Part shown: one piece after another, positions 21,301 to 30,031 of the stretch
How positions within the stretch are numbered: the first letter of the stretch is position 1
Layout of the letters: the number at the start of each line of letters is the position of its first letter
Translations under genes and position numbers: made by a program
The notes under the pieces: generated by a model
Database searches by the model: none
The model's input: the letters and a program-made list of their open reading frames with translations, nothing else
What the model was told of the DNA's origin: nothing
Origin: a virus
DNA length: 64,000 bases
Reading direction: 5' to 3' (one strand)
IMG/VR virus record: IMGVR_UViG_3300037011_001068
Span: 1-64,000 of that record

Positions 21301-21914
21301 CACCCACCGACACGATAACGGTCCAAGGCTACCCTCGGAAAGGCGCGCAAGTCTCTGGTGCCGAGCCCCTTCAAGTGCGGGATACCTGGGAGTCGATGGC
21401 GTTCTGTTACCCAGACGATTTGGGGAAGAGACTCGTAATTTCTGGATCGATTCATGGGAACGATGGAATCTACCTTGTGACCAAAATTCTCTTGCCGGAT
21501 ACAGGAGACGAGATCACGGGGTCTAGTAAGGCCTGGTCAAATCTTTGCGAAGTTTCGGGTGCAGATTTTTCCGGTGAGGAAGATCTCGAATACCGGTTGG
21601 ACCCTGCATTCATCGACGAGGCAGCGCTTCTACTGGAGCTCTCGGATGCGGGGATCCAAGCGGGTGATGTGTTGACGCTTCGGAGCCCTTTGTGGAACAA
21701 CGGGATCATCATGGAGATCGAATACTCGGTGATGCCCACGGCTCAATTGATGCCGATTGAGGAGCGCCTCAATACGGCGCTTACCGAGACCCCGCCTATC
21801 ACCTATCGGGTGTACCCCTTTTACTTGGCTGACCCGGAGGGGGTGGTACGGGCTTACCTGGACAACTTGACCGCGGCCGGCGTGATTGCCGAAGTCGCGA
21901 TTCTAGAGACATGA
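18372..21914 (+). CDS. LamG + tandem FN3 + baseplate (gpI-like) fusion protein
   Basis: LAYYALEG...WHHWVIT...IDEIAI LamG; two L.W.NP...RRS...YYYS.WAYD FN3 repeats; DLNVIGRNLGVPR...EEQFRAVI wedge motif. Confidence 0.7.
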   Translation: MVAILNHPTLADSLLAYYALEGSVLDSFDSHNGTAEKTISTNNSGALRKAINLDGASAAAQNIGVYQCLNFADLLAGFASFSISFWHKPANAGYAVCPLSIGGWTGSVNHPETRLLLEHATGASGAVSLNYFGTVGSIALGSTFAAGSWHHWVITVGYSVPTGLTTVCLYKNGFLAQSSTVNIGLAKTSTLALLVGAKHYGVSEPFQRINLANAVIDEIAIAGRAWTSAEAFDLWHSGMPLRLAEVVVSGAGDIEDYMDSAQYAPGYVYYPVTDFVAEPGASQGRIALSWENPIREDFQRVMLRRSDTSYPMEPDEGDLVYEGIAEGLVDLGLDWHKTYYYSLWAYDIYGSISSATKRSAVPFPDITPPGPIDDFCAIPGVNRIFLTWTNPTDGDLAGILIRRSQAGFPPDPESGDLVYDGLEEDTIDENLYSTDPYYYSGWAYDPDFNYSPSTMVAGQILIPLEVQTKPTGLLEAVTGAIGESDSEIAGFQLTRTTAMVSKGSAFLPVETTLNWPESGALAIDGIKYRYTSKSLSSFLGLTCFTGGVEENGTLISHRAQSIVMDASREWNAIEQLRRALLVDYAKAEDLNVIGRNLGVPRIPLYSTEEQFRAVIKATAYNPKATMLGIRLALDALLGPENYSLYEDLVSHPCTLYVRIAGMESMLLSVGKTYFTSLAWTAIQGIMTTLELEDAPLKVEGVRLKKMSEVFNLKTAIPSAVTYDYYPEAPAPGNAFSYQGGLSEGTNVLLTAGEYTTIQALSIGTVFYRMADTQGARITPQSRAEVSWLVCIPTGATLKAGELSQASLSLYNGSRSLNIGMESDRTIGLYANNVGGFLGATFGPLELDRFYEVALKQTPRGQAELWVDGRKVSSVGTNLFDATSFHRIEFGIRGAPSAGMRLRVKQVGVFSETILDFWNCRFTGMVESVNPEKITAETAVFVTSDVGKQIELSGAIAVNPSGGTNNGIFCISGLLGVAPTDTITVQGYPRKGAQVSGAEPLQVRDTWESMAFCYPDDLGKRLVISGSIHGNDGIYLVTKILLPDTGDEITGSSKAWSNLCEVSGADFSGEEDLEYRLDPAFIDEAALLLELSDAGIQAGDVLTLRSPLWNNGIIMEIEYSVMPTAQLMPIEERLNTALTETPPITYRVYPFYLADPEGVVRAYLDNLTAAGVIAEVAILET

Positions 21915-21923
21915 GAGGATGCC

Positions 21924-24914
21924 ATGGCCGTGGATCTCGTCAGAGTCGAATCTTTTGAGCGGGTTGACCTTACTGATTTTCAACAGATCGCCAAAGAATC
22001 TTTCCAGAAGCAAGAGGAGCAAATATTCGGTAGTTTCACGACAGACCCTTTAAAAGATCAATTCTGGATTCTTGATGGCTTCAACATGGAAAATCCCTCG
22101 GGAAAGAATCTGCAAATTTTCAAAGGTCGGGCGCTTCTTGCGCGGCGCGAGGGCGCGGAGATTTTCAAAGGTGTTCTTTCCACTGAGGGTGACGACAGTA
22201 TCACGGTGGATTTGAATACTTATGCTCCCGGAATCTACAACGTCTATATCCGATTTGAATCTGTTCCGGGGGAAAATCAGACTCGAATTTTTTGGAATCC
22301 AGACGGGACTGGAAGCGAATATGGGCGTTCGATGGCTACCCGGTATCTTGCGCGGTGGAGCGTGCGAGTGGAAGGCTCAAGTCCTGGAGCCGAGTGGATG
22401 AAAATCGGTGAAGTGGATCAAGCCACCATGGGGATTGAAGATCTTCGACAATTCTTCTTTGAAGGGATCATGCACCCAGACAACGTATGGAAGACTGGGT
22501 GGAGTGAAGATGGCGGAGGATCGGCGGACGATCGAAATCCTTCCCGCTCGCAATTTGGGATTCGGGATCTACAAACTTTTACAGCGGCTATGCGTCAGTG
22601 CATTGAGGACATCAAGGGGCGGGGACTCGGAAAGTGGTATCAGCGGGAGATCAACGGGATGAACATCGGTTTCGATGACGATCCTGAGTATCGTCGATTG
22701 GCAGTTGGGGACGAGAATTTCTCGATGAACAAGTTCTCCACGAACCCTTATTTGTACTTTGATTCTAATGATTACCTAGTTTATGACCGGTCTGCCAATG
22801 TATTCAGCAAGTACATCAATAGTACGCAAGTGACCTCTCTAAGCACTACAGCTCTCCAGCCAGGGATTGATGCTACCCAACTTGATTTGGGGGGTTCCAC
22901 GAAACGCTGGAAGGACATTTGGGTAGGGGGATCTTTGCGGAATACTCTGGATATAGTGCTCAATTCTGGAGCGAGCCTTATTCGTCCTGTCACAGCGAGC
23001 ACGCATGCGCTTGGGAATACTAGCTACCCTTGGAAGTCCTTTGCGATCGATGGAAGTGGCGCTTCCTTGACTGGCGTTGAATCACACCTTGTTCCGATGT
23101 CGGATAATGCTTCCTATGATTTAGGTCTTTCCACGAAACGGTGGAAGGATTTGTGGATCGGTGGAGCGCTCAGGAATACTTCGGATATAGTGGTGACATC
23201 GGGTTCGTCAATTTTTCGAGCTTCAGCCGTTGGGTATGGTTTGGGGACTACCACTTACCCTTGGGGAACTACTTATCTCGGGCAGCTTTACCTAAGGTCA
23301 CCCTCATCAGACGCTTATACTAATTTCTTCATGCGAAATACCTATAGCGGTGTTCCCACCGATGGTGGAACCTACTTGTTCCGGGTGGATCGCTATGGGG
23401 TATTTACCTTCTCAGGTGCATCAGAGATCTATAGCCCCCAAAGTAAAATTTTCAATGTAAAGCGCGTTCCTACAATGCTTGATCCTATCCTTAATCTAAT
23501 CCCTCAGGGGAATGGTTATATTGGGATTGGGGGAGAAAATGCAGGCGTAAGCAATCCGCTTGAATTTTTTCTTCATCTGCTTCCCAACGCTGGATACGAT
23601 ATAAATCTAGGAGGGGCAGGCAACGCTTTTGCAAAATTGTACCTCAAGACAAGCGCCGGAAATGGGATGGCGACAGATTTTATCCCAGCGACAACCTCTC
23701 TGTTTTTGGGGTCGGATTCCTACAAGTGGAGCTGGATGCATGGGGCGAGTGCAAAAATCTGGAACGCGCTGGATGGGAGCAACCTTGCTTACAATGTAGA
23801 AGTTCATCCGGGTTTGCGAATCACAGATAGTTATATGGCAGCTTTATTTTTATCGAACACTTTGGGATCTCCTACCCAAAAGGCGTACATGTTTTGCGCT
23901 TACACAGATGCTTTAGGCATCGAAGGAACTACTGACGCTTGTGAAGGATGGTCGCACTATCCTTTTATGCTCTTCCGAAAAGCTTCTGGCTCCCTTAATC
24001 CAGAATTCATCGATTGTGAGACCACTGTTCGTTCAAGAGACATTTATCCAAAAATAGATAACTATAGGAACTTCGGTAATGCTTCTTATAAGTGGAAGCA
24101 ATTTTATATCGCCGAGGCGGATGGAACCCCTAATTCAGGATGTGCGACAAATTTCTTACCCGTGAATGCAGGTTTAGATCTTGGAAAAGCAGCACGTCGC
24201 TGGGATGCTTTCCTCGGGACGCTTGATGTCACATCCTTTGGCAGTAACGCCACGCCGGACGCTACCGTGAACAACCGATTACTCGGGACCTCGGGGAGCC
24301 GCTGGTACACTGCCTATATTACCACGGTGCAAACCAACAGCATCGTGTCCCCCGACTATGGTTATGTAGAATTCCAAGATTCCATCAATCCTTACTCATC
24401 CGGATTGAAGCTTGGGGATTACTATGCTCCTTGGACCTATCTCTATGCTCAATATCTCCTGGGAGATTTTAGTGGGAGTCCTCTTTATTGCTCACGCGAT
24501 CTGGTACCCTACAGCGGTACTTGGTCTCTGGGGAGTCCAAGTGGGAAGTGGTACCAGCTCTATGTCTCGAGCACGGTTAATTGCGCTTCCATAGAATGCA
24601 GCGGGATCGTCCATGGATCCTACCTGTACCAGGATGTTGCTCCAGCCACAAAAGATCCAAACTACTATGATGTCTGGACCTACGATAGCGAAGATGATCT
24701 CGAGCTCATTCGGCAGACCGAGCTCACGGGGAGAAGCCAGGCAACCATCGTGAAGGGGATTGAGCGGAATCTTCATACCCAGAAAATTGATTCATTGCCC
24801 TGGCCCATGTTTTCGCGGGACGGGAAGAGCTTCGACATCTTCAACTCCATTCTTTTCTTGTTAGGAGCGATCAAACAGCTTCACCAGCAAGTGGAAGCTC
24901 TTGCCAAGAGTTGA
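21924..24914 (+). CDS. tail fibre/receptor-binding protein with repeated LG-x4-(R/K/P)W modules and a C-terminal chaperone-like coil
   Basis: About 11 repeats (DLGGSTKRW, DLGLSTKRW, FLGSDSYKW, DLGKAARRW, SLGSPSGKW...); C-terminal LLGAIKQLHQQVEAL. Confidence 0.75.
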   Translation: MAVDLVRVESFERVDLTDFQQIAKESFQKQEEQIFGSFTTDPLKDQFWILDGFNMENPSGKNLQIFKGRALLARREGAEIFKGVLSTEGDDSITVDLNTYAPGIYNVYIRFESVPGENQTRIFWNPDGTGSEYGRSMATRYLARWSVRVEGSSPGAEWMKIGEVDQATMGIEDLRQFFFEGIMHPDNVWKTGWSEDGGGSADDRNPSRSQFGIRDLQTFTAAMRQCIEDIKGRGLGKWYQREINGMNIGFDDDPEYRRLAVGDENFSMNKFSTNPYLYFDSNDYLVYDRSANVFSKYINSTQVTSLSTTALQPGIDATQLDLGGSTKRWKDIWVGGSLRNTLDIVLNSGASLIRPVTASTHALGNTSYPWKSFAIDGSGASLTGVESHLVPMSDNASYDLGLSTKRWKDLWIGGALRNTSDIVVTSGSSIFRASAVGYGLGTTTYPWGTTYLGQLYLRSPSSDAYTNFFMRNTYSGVPTDGGTYLFRVDRYGVFTFSGASEIYSPQSKIFNVKRVPTMLDPILNLIPQGNGYIGIGGENAGVSNPLEFFLHLLPNAGYDINLGGAGNAFAKLYLKTSAGNGMATDFIPATTSLFLGSDSYKWSWMHGASAKIWNALDGSNLAYNVEVHPGLRITDSYMAALFLSNTLGSPTQKAYMFCAYTDALGIEGTTDACEGWSHYPFMLFRKASGSLNPEFIDCETTVRSRDIYPKIDNYRNFGNASYKWKQFYIAEADGTPNSGCATNFLPVNAGLDLGKAARRWDAFLGTLDVTSFGSNATPDATVNNRLLGTSGSRWYTAYITTVQTNSIVSPDYGYVEFQDSINPYSSGLKLGDYYAPWTYLYAQYLLGDFSGSPLYCSRDLVPYSGTWSLGSPSGKWYQLYVSSTVNCASIECSGIVHGSYLYQDVAPATKDPNYYDVWTYDSEDDLELIRQTELTGRSQATIVKGIERNLHTQKIDSLPWPMFSRDGKSFDIFNSILFLLGAIKQLHQQVEALAKS
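22884..23270 (+). repeat. diverged 234-bp-period intragenic duplication in the fibre gene
   Basis: TTCCACGAAACG-TGGAAGGA...GGAATACT..GGATATAGTG in copies starting at about 22884 and 23118. Confidence 0.8.
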
Positions 24915-24991
24915 ATCTGGAAATAAAGTTATCCAGAAGCACATATATAAATAAGTAAAAAACAGCGCAAGCAAAGAAAGGAAAATTCGTC

Positions 24992-25228
24992 ATGGCAAAA
25001 GAAATCGGATCGTTCGAGATCATCATTCGTGGCACTTCTTCCGGCGGGCCCACTGAGCAATTCGTTCAGTTTCGGGTGCAGGAATCGACGGACGTGGACC
25101 TCGGCAAAAACAAGAGCCAGAAAATCGAAACCCCCGTGTTCAACAAAGTCCTCCACAATACCGGCGCAACCGGCGAGCTCTGGAAGGATTTGCTGGACGC
25201 AATTAAGACCCAAGAGGACATTTCTTGA
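24992..25228 (+). CDS. small hypothetical protein
   Basis: AAGGA SD; clean ORF. Confidence 0.55.
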   Translation: MAKEIGSFEIIIRGTSSGGPTEQFVQFRVQESTDVDLGKNKSQKIETPVFNKVLHNTGATGELWKDLLDAIKTQEDIS

Positions 25229-25248
25229 GGTAGCGAAGGAGGGAATTT

Positions 25249-25662
25249 GTGACACGCAATGAACAAAAAATAAATATGACGGAGAGCGAAGCAACCGAAT
25301 ACATGCAGGCGCTCGTGGAGGGAAAGCGCACCGTGGAGCAGCCAATGGAGGCATTTGCGCTCGAGCGCTTGAAAAAAGGGTTCCAGCGGATTCAGCAGCT
25401 CCAAAGTGCTGTCCAGCAATTTCAAGCGGACCTCCAGCGGGCGCAGGCGGAAATCCAGCAATTGATCGGAGAGCGCGGAGCGTACAGCTCGATCCTGGTA
25501 AGCGCGGAAAATGATCGGCGGCGGCTAGGAAAAGAAATTCCTCCGGAACTCATTTTTCCGCCAGGTGCTCGAGCAGCGGGAAATCCAGCGGCAATTGCGG
25601 ATTTCATTGCGGAAAAAAATCGGAAGGAGGCGATAAATGCCCCCGATGCCAGCGCCCAATGA
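25249..25662 (+). CDS. coiled-coil hypothetical protein
   Basis: AAGGAGG SD before GTG; heptad-like IQQLQSAVQQFQADLQRAQAEIQQL. Confidence 0.6.
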   Translation: MTRNEQKINMTESEATEYMQALVEGKRTVEQPMEAFALERLKKGFQRIQQLQSAVQQFQADLQRAQAEIQQLIGERGAYSSILVSAENDRRRLGKEIPPELIFPPGARAAGNPAAIADFIAEKNRKEAINAPDASAQ

Positions 25663-26008
25663 AAATAGCGGCGAAGGTGACGGCTTCGACGTGGAAACCG
25701 GGAAAATCGGCGCTAATCTGCCAGGGGACGGTCCAGAAAATTCTGGAGGAAAAGCAGAATGGGTGAGGCGCTACCTCGGCGGATTAATTTTGGACAAGCG
25801 AGGGCAATATTGGTCGATTTCCCTCGGGCGAGTGGCTTTCGTCGCGATCCTCGTCCAATTTTTTATCCGCTGGAATTTTAATCCGGACGCGAAGGAGCTC
25901 CCCGCGGGCCTGCTCGAGGTTTTCGGCGTGCTCGCAGCCTACGTGTTTGGCTCGAAAATCACTTCCCTGTTTGGCGATAAAATTAAATTAGCCAATCCCG
26001 AAAAATGA
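25637..26008 (+). CDS. putative holin
   Basis: AAGGAGG SD; two hydrophobic helices (SLGRVAFVAILVQFFI, LLEVFGVLAAYVFGSK) at the end of the tail operon. Confidence 0.55.
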   Translation: MPPMPAPNENSGEGDGFDVETGKIGANLPGDGPENSGGKAEWVRRYLGGLILDKRGQYWSISLGRVAFVAILVQFFIRWNFNPDAKELPAGLLEVFGVLAAYVFGSKITSLFGDKIKLANPEK

Positions 26009-26018
26009 AAGGAGCCGC

Positions 26019-26348
26019 ATGAGCCTCATCGCCTGGAAAAAATGGGCGTGGGTGCCGCTGCTTTTTTTGGCGGGCTTCATCGCCTGGATCATTTTCCGCG
26101 GCAGGCGTTCTCCGTTTTCTGCAGCCAAGGCGGAATTGCGCGCCATCGACGCTGAGCGCGAGGTTCTCCTCATCCAAGAGGAGAATGGAAAGGAGAAGGC
26201 CCTTCAGTATGTCAAAGAACGGTATCTCTTGAGTCTCTTGTCCCTAAAGGATAAATCCAGGGAGAGGGTGAAGGAGCTGGAAAATGACCCACCGCGGTTG
26301 GCGGCGCATCTTCGCAGGCTTATTTCTAGGCGTGATTTGGAGCAATAG
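26019..26348 (+). CDS. putative inner-membrane spanin (Rz-like)
   Basis: N-terminal TM (WAWVPLLFLAGFIAWIIF) followed by a helical charged segment; overlaps the next gene. Confidence 0.5.
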   Translation: MSLIAWKKWAWVPLLFLAGFIAWIIFRGRRSPFSAAKAELRAIDAEREVLLIQEENGKEKALQYVKERYLLSLLSLKDKSRERVKELENDPPRLAAHLRRLISRRDLEQ

Positions 26349-26742
26349 CCCCCCAGAAGCGTTTGCAGGCGATTTGAGGCGTGTGACCCCCCAAAAGGTT
26401 ACCGAGGTAGCCCTCGAGGGGTCCGAGCGCATTCTAGCCCTATCGCAAGGCCAGCCAGCGCCCTTCGCGGGGGTGCTGATGGACCTACATTCGGCGGCAG
26501 AGCTCGGTGTACGTGCCGAAATGTGCGATGAGCGCGTGGCGCTCGAAAAGAAAAATTGTAAGGAAAATGCTGACATAGAGAAAAAATACTGGGAAGACGT
26601 GCTCCGAATTGATAGAGATGCCTGCCAAAAGAAGATAAGTCTAACAAAAATTCCCTGGTACGCGCGGCCGGCGGCCGTCGCCCTCTTTTCTATCCTGGGG
26701 ACGTTGGGGGTACTACAGGTAGCGATTAATTTTCGACGCTAA
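26284..26742 (+). CDS. secreted protein with C-terminal membrane anchor in the o-spanin position
   Basis: Signal peptide ending AFA-G, no lipobox Cys; GQPAPFAGVLM motif; C-terminal hydrophobic helix. Confidence 0.5.
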   Translation: MTHRGWRRIFAGLFLGVIWSNSPPEAFAGDLRRVTPQKVTEVALEGSERILALSQGQPAPFAGVLMDLHSAAELGVRAEMCDERVALEKKNCKENADIEKKYWEDVLRIDRDACQKKISLTKIPWYARPAAVALFSILGTLGVLQVAINFRR

Positions 26743-27384
26743 AAAATTTATTTTTCAGCTCACTCCCATTTTCCCCATTTTCCACTCCACTTTTTCTCAG
26801 ATTTCCAAAAAAAGGTGAAAAATATTACGTAAAGTTTTTTTTTTCTTTAATTTCATCCTTCTGTATGTTTTAATCCAATGAGAAATTAAAAGATCATTAA
26901 ACCACAAGGATCAAGAAGGTTAATTAACAACAATACTCCTCAGGTATTAAAAACTTGTTAATTAAGCTTTACTTAATGCGCGCGAGCGCTCTGATTATTT
27001 CGCGTGCATAGACTATGCGCGTGCGCGACAACCTGAACGCGCGCACGTAGGCGCGCGCACGTTAATAGATAAAAGCTTCAAAAGGAGGGGGCAGAAAAGG
27101 GGGTGTTTTGGGGGTGGGAGGGATTTTTTGGGGAAAAATTTCTTAAAAAAGTGTTTGCATTCTTTTTTTATTTGAGTTTGAATGTCTACATAAAAACCCT
27201 TTTTTTTCTGTATTTCAGTATTTCTGGGTAAAATTTCTCGAGAAAAAAACTTTTTCCTTTTTTTAAATTTTTTTTTATTTTTTTTTCTGAAGAAAAAATT
27301 AAAATTGTGGGTAAAATTTCTCGAAAAAAAAGTCGGATGCTCTCCTTCCCTAAAACGTTAATCTAGGGCAGGAGGTGTGCGGTA
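26743..27384. other. AT-rich non-coding region; candidate replication origin/control region
   Basis: No ORF; A/T tracts, inverted repeats, CG-alternating block, G-run cluster and a 17-bp direct repeat; directly upstream of the helicase/replication operon. Confidence 0.5.
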
Positions 27385-28872
27385 GTGCTTCTGATCTCAG
27401 TTGAGAATTCTCGAGCGAAGCTTTTTGGCGCTGATGCCTTTGTTTTGAGGGTGCTAGATGCAGAGCTTCGCTATCCCTCGGTATCCATGTCTGGCATTGA
27501 GAAGGGATTCATTGAGACGGCGTGGGATGGCTGGATCCGGTTGCTTCATATTCCGAAGCAGGATTTACCATGGTTTCCAAGCGGGCTCCTTTTTCGCGCA
27601 GTGGAGGTTCTTCAGAAATTTCAGGTGCCTCATCAGGTGGTGGACGTGCGAAAGCGGCCTGACCTTGGGTTTCCGGAAGTTACGGTGTCCATTCCGCTTC
27701 GGGATTATCAGGATGAGGCAGTGCGTTTGGCGGTGAAGGCGGGTCGGGGGGTTTTATCGCTCCCGCCGCGGAGCGGGAAGACTCGGATTGCTTGCGAGCT
27801 CCAGCGGCATCTTGCGCTTCCTACCCTCTGGATTGCGCCCACGGATGCGATCGTGCGGCAAACTCAGGGGGTGATTGAGGGATTTTTTGGCGGAAATTAT
27901 GTAAAGCGCTTGGTTGGTTCTTCTCGGTGGTCTGAGGTTGTGGATGTGGCGGTAGTGGTTTGCACCGCGGCGACGGCTTATGGCCTTCCGTTTGATTTTT
28001 TTCGATCCCGGAAAGTGATCATCGTGGACGAATTTCACCATGGAGCGGCCAAGCAGTATCGTACTATTTTTGGGCAGTGCGACCATGTTTTTTACCGATT
28101 TGGCCTCACGGGAACCTATTTCCGCTCCGGTGACGATGCGCTCGCTATGCATGCCCATATTTCCCAGGTGATTTATGAGATGACCTCGGAGGAGCTCTTG
28201 CGGCGGGGTTACTTGGTCCCGTTGTTTGGTTGTTTTCTTCCATTTGAAGCCAAGAGGCTTCATGGCCTTCCGGTGAAGTCGTTTCATGGAGGCCATGGAA
28301 AGTATGGGATTCACGAGCATGAGGTTCGGAATGCTCTTGTGGTCGATGCGGCGACCTATCTAAGCGAAGCGGGGAAGCGGGTAGTGGTGCTGGTCGGGGT
28401 TAAAAGCCAAGGAGATGAGATCGAGCGGCAGCTTTTAAAAAGATTTCCCAAGCAATCTGGGACTCAGTTTTGTCCGGTGGAGTTTTTGAGCACTAATCGC
28501 CCTCGTTATGTGCAGCAGGCGGTCTTGAAGAGCTTTCTGGCTCACGAGGAGGTTCGGATCCTCATCGGGACCTCGCTACTCGGAGAAGGCGTGGATCTAC
28601 CGGATGCGGATGCGCTTGTTTATGCACGGGGTGAAAAGGCCGCGGTGAGCCTCACCCAGGGAATTTACCGCGTGTGTACCGCGGTTGAGGGAAAAAAATA
28701 CGGGCTTGTGATCGATTTTGTAGATCGCCACAACCGCTACCTGAAGGCGCATGCGCTGGAGAGGCTCCGGATTTATTGGGAGGAGCCTATTTTTGATGTA
28801 AGCGTGCTGGCGGATATGGGGGAATTTGTTCCATGGTTGCGAAAAGTGGAGGCGGAAATGTCGGCTCGTTGA
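27385..28872 (+). CDS. superfamily 2 DNA helicase (UvsW-like)
   Basis: Q motif LRDYQ, Walker A PPRSGKT, Walker B VDEFHH, GLTGT, motif V GEGVDLP. Confidence 0.9.
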   Translation: MLLISVENSRAKLFGADAFVLRVLDAELRYPSVSMSGIEKGFIETAWDGWIRLLHIPKQDLPWFPSGLLFRAVEVLQKFQVPHQVVDVRKRPDLGFPEVTVSIPLRDYQDEAVRLAVKAGRGVLSLPPRSGKTRIACELQRHLALPTLWIAPTDAIVRQTQGVIEGFFGGNYVKRLVGSSRWSEVVDVAVVVCTAATAYGLPFDFFRSRKVIIVDEFHHGAAKQYRTIFGQCDHVFYRFGLTGTYFRSGDDALAMHAHISQVIYEMTSEELLRRGYLVPLFGCFLPFEAKRLHGLPVKSFHGGHGKYGIHEHEVRNALVVDAATYLSEAGKRVVVLVGVKSQGDEIERQLLKRFPKQSGTQFCPVEFLSTNRPRYVQQAVLKSFLAHEEVRILIGTSLLGEGVDLPDADALVYARGEKAAVSLTQGIYRVCTAVEGKKYGLVIDFVDRHNRYLKAHALERLRIYWEEPIFDVSVLADMGEFVPWLRKVEAEMSAR

Positions 28873-28910
28873 AAAAATATTCTTGCGCTCGGGACGAATC
28901 CATGGGAAGG

Positions 28911-28984
28911 TCGGGCTATCTGCGGTAAGAGATTACCCAAGATCCCGAAGCCCGGTGCCACGTCCCGCACCGGGCCATTTTTTT
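28911..28984 (+). ncRNA. candidate structured small RNA plus intrinsic terminator
   Basis: Hairpin TCGGG..ATCT..GGTAA-GAGA-TTACC..AGAT-CCCGA (28911-28948), then GCCCGGTGC-N8-GCACCGGGC and a T7 tract. Confidence 0.45.
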
Positions 28985-29002
28985 GGCTAGAAGGGAGGTT
29001 TC

Positions 29003-29098
29003 ATGATGTGGCTAGAAGGCATTGACTCGTTCATGCGAATGGGGGCATCCTACGGGGACCAGTGCATACTCGACGTTGTCAATCGGGTGATTCGATGA
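29003..29098 (+). CDS. 31-aa leader ORF coupled to the hfq-like gene
   Basis: GGAGG SD; its TGA overlaps ATG 29095 (ATGA). Confidence 0.45.
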   Translation: MMWLEGIDSFMRMGASYGDQCILDVVNRVIR

Positions 29099-29361
29099 GT
29101 GGCATAAAAAGTCCAGGTGTAGGACTTGGAATGGCGTCCAGAAAATCTTTTTCTGCTCCTTCGGCCGCGGTTTTCGGAAAAGGGGCAGAATCGAATTTTT
29201 TTGCGAGAGCAGTGGGCAGGGTAGTCACTCTGAGGCTGCGGGAGGGTGTGAAATCGACGGTGAAGCTTCTCTGGGTAGATATGTATACGATCGGGATTTT
29301 GGACGACCAGGGCCAGGAAGTATTGCTCTACAAGAGTGCGGTTGCATCGATCACGCTATAG
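29095..29361 (+). CDS. hfq: Hfq/Sm-like RNA-binding protein
   Basis: Sm1-like VTLRLREGVKSTVKLLWVDMYTIGI and Sm2-like LLYKSAVASI (Hfq consensus YKHAISTV). Confidence 0.72.
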   Translation: MSGIKSPGVGLGMASRKSFSAPSAAVFGKGAESNFFARAVGRVVTLRLREGVKSTVKLLWVDMYTIGILDDQGQEVLLYKSAVASITL

Positions 29362-29404
29362 TGGCGTGTTTTTTTGGGCCGCCTTACCGCAGAAGGGACG
29401 ACAG

Positions 29405-30028
29405 ATGACATCGCTGAACGTGTCGGAAAAACTTTTCAAAGACTATTCTTATTATAGGGAGCAAACGGCATGGGTAAGAGCTCGTCGCGCTAATAATCCT
29501 TTTGTTTGCGTTTTGAAAGTTACACCAGAGCGATTGAAGCTATTCGGGGTTTTGCAGGCGTGGTGTGCAAATCGGGGGATCAATCCGCGGGAGTGGCTTT
29601 ACACTTTATTTGCTATTCGGAAATTTAATTTTCCACCTAAGCTAGAAGAGGCGTATCTTTGCAGCGAGAAGCACCTTAAGAAATTTCGCACCATTAAGAG
29701 TTTTGAGCCATTCAAGCAGCGGATTTTGGAGGAGGCTTTTACGGAGAATTCACTTTCTGGGGATCGATTTGATCCCAATAAAGACCTTCTTTTACCAGTG
29801 GAGCTCGAGAAGGCACACTATCAACGTTTGGGAAGTCCAGAAATTTGTCTGCAGCAGATCAAGGAGCAGACTTTTGGGTATCATCCCCTTAGCGTTATTT
29901 GCCGGCAGTGTAGGATCCAGGAGGCTTGCAAGAGACATTTAAAATCGATTGTGGGTTTTGATGTCCTTGCACTCCGGCTCGGGCAGATAACGCCGGAGAA
30001 TGCGCGGCGACAAGCTTTTACGAGGTGA
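29405..30028 (+). CDS. hypothetical protein with C-terminal Cys4 motif, upstream of the helicase
   Basis: C-x17-C-x2-C-x5-C. Confidence 0.55.
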   Translation: MTSLNVSEKLFKDYSYYREQTAWVRARRANNPFVCVLKVTPERLKLFGVLQAWCANRGINPREWLYTLFAIRKFNFPPKLEEAYLCSEKHLKKFRTIKSFEPFKQRILEEAFTENSLSGDRFDPNKDLLLPVELEKAHYQRLGSPEICLQQIKEQTFGYHPLSVICRQCRIQEACKRHLKSIVGFDVLALRLGQITPENARRQAFTR

Positions 30029-30031
30029 GCC

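Noticed and set aside
22884-23270. Diversity-generating retroelement template/variable repeat pair in the fibre gene
   Set aside because: Differences are largely synonymous and not adenine-specific; no reverse transcriptase in the window
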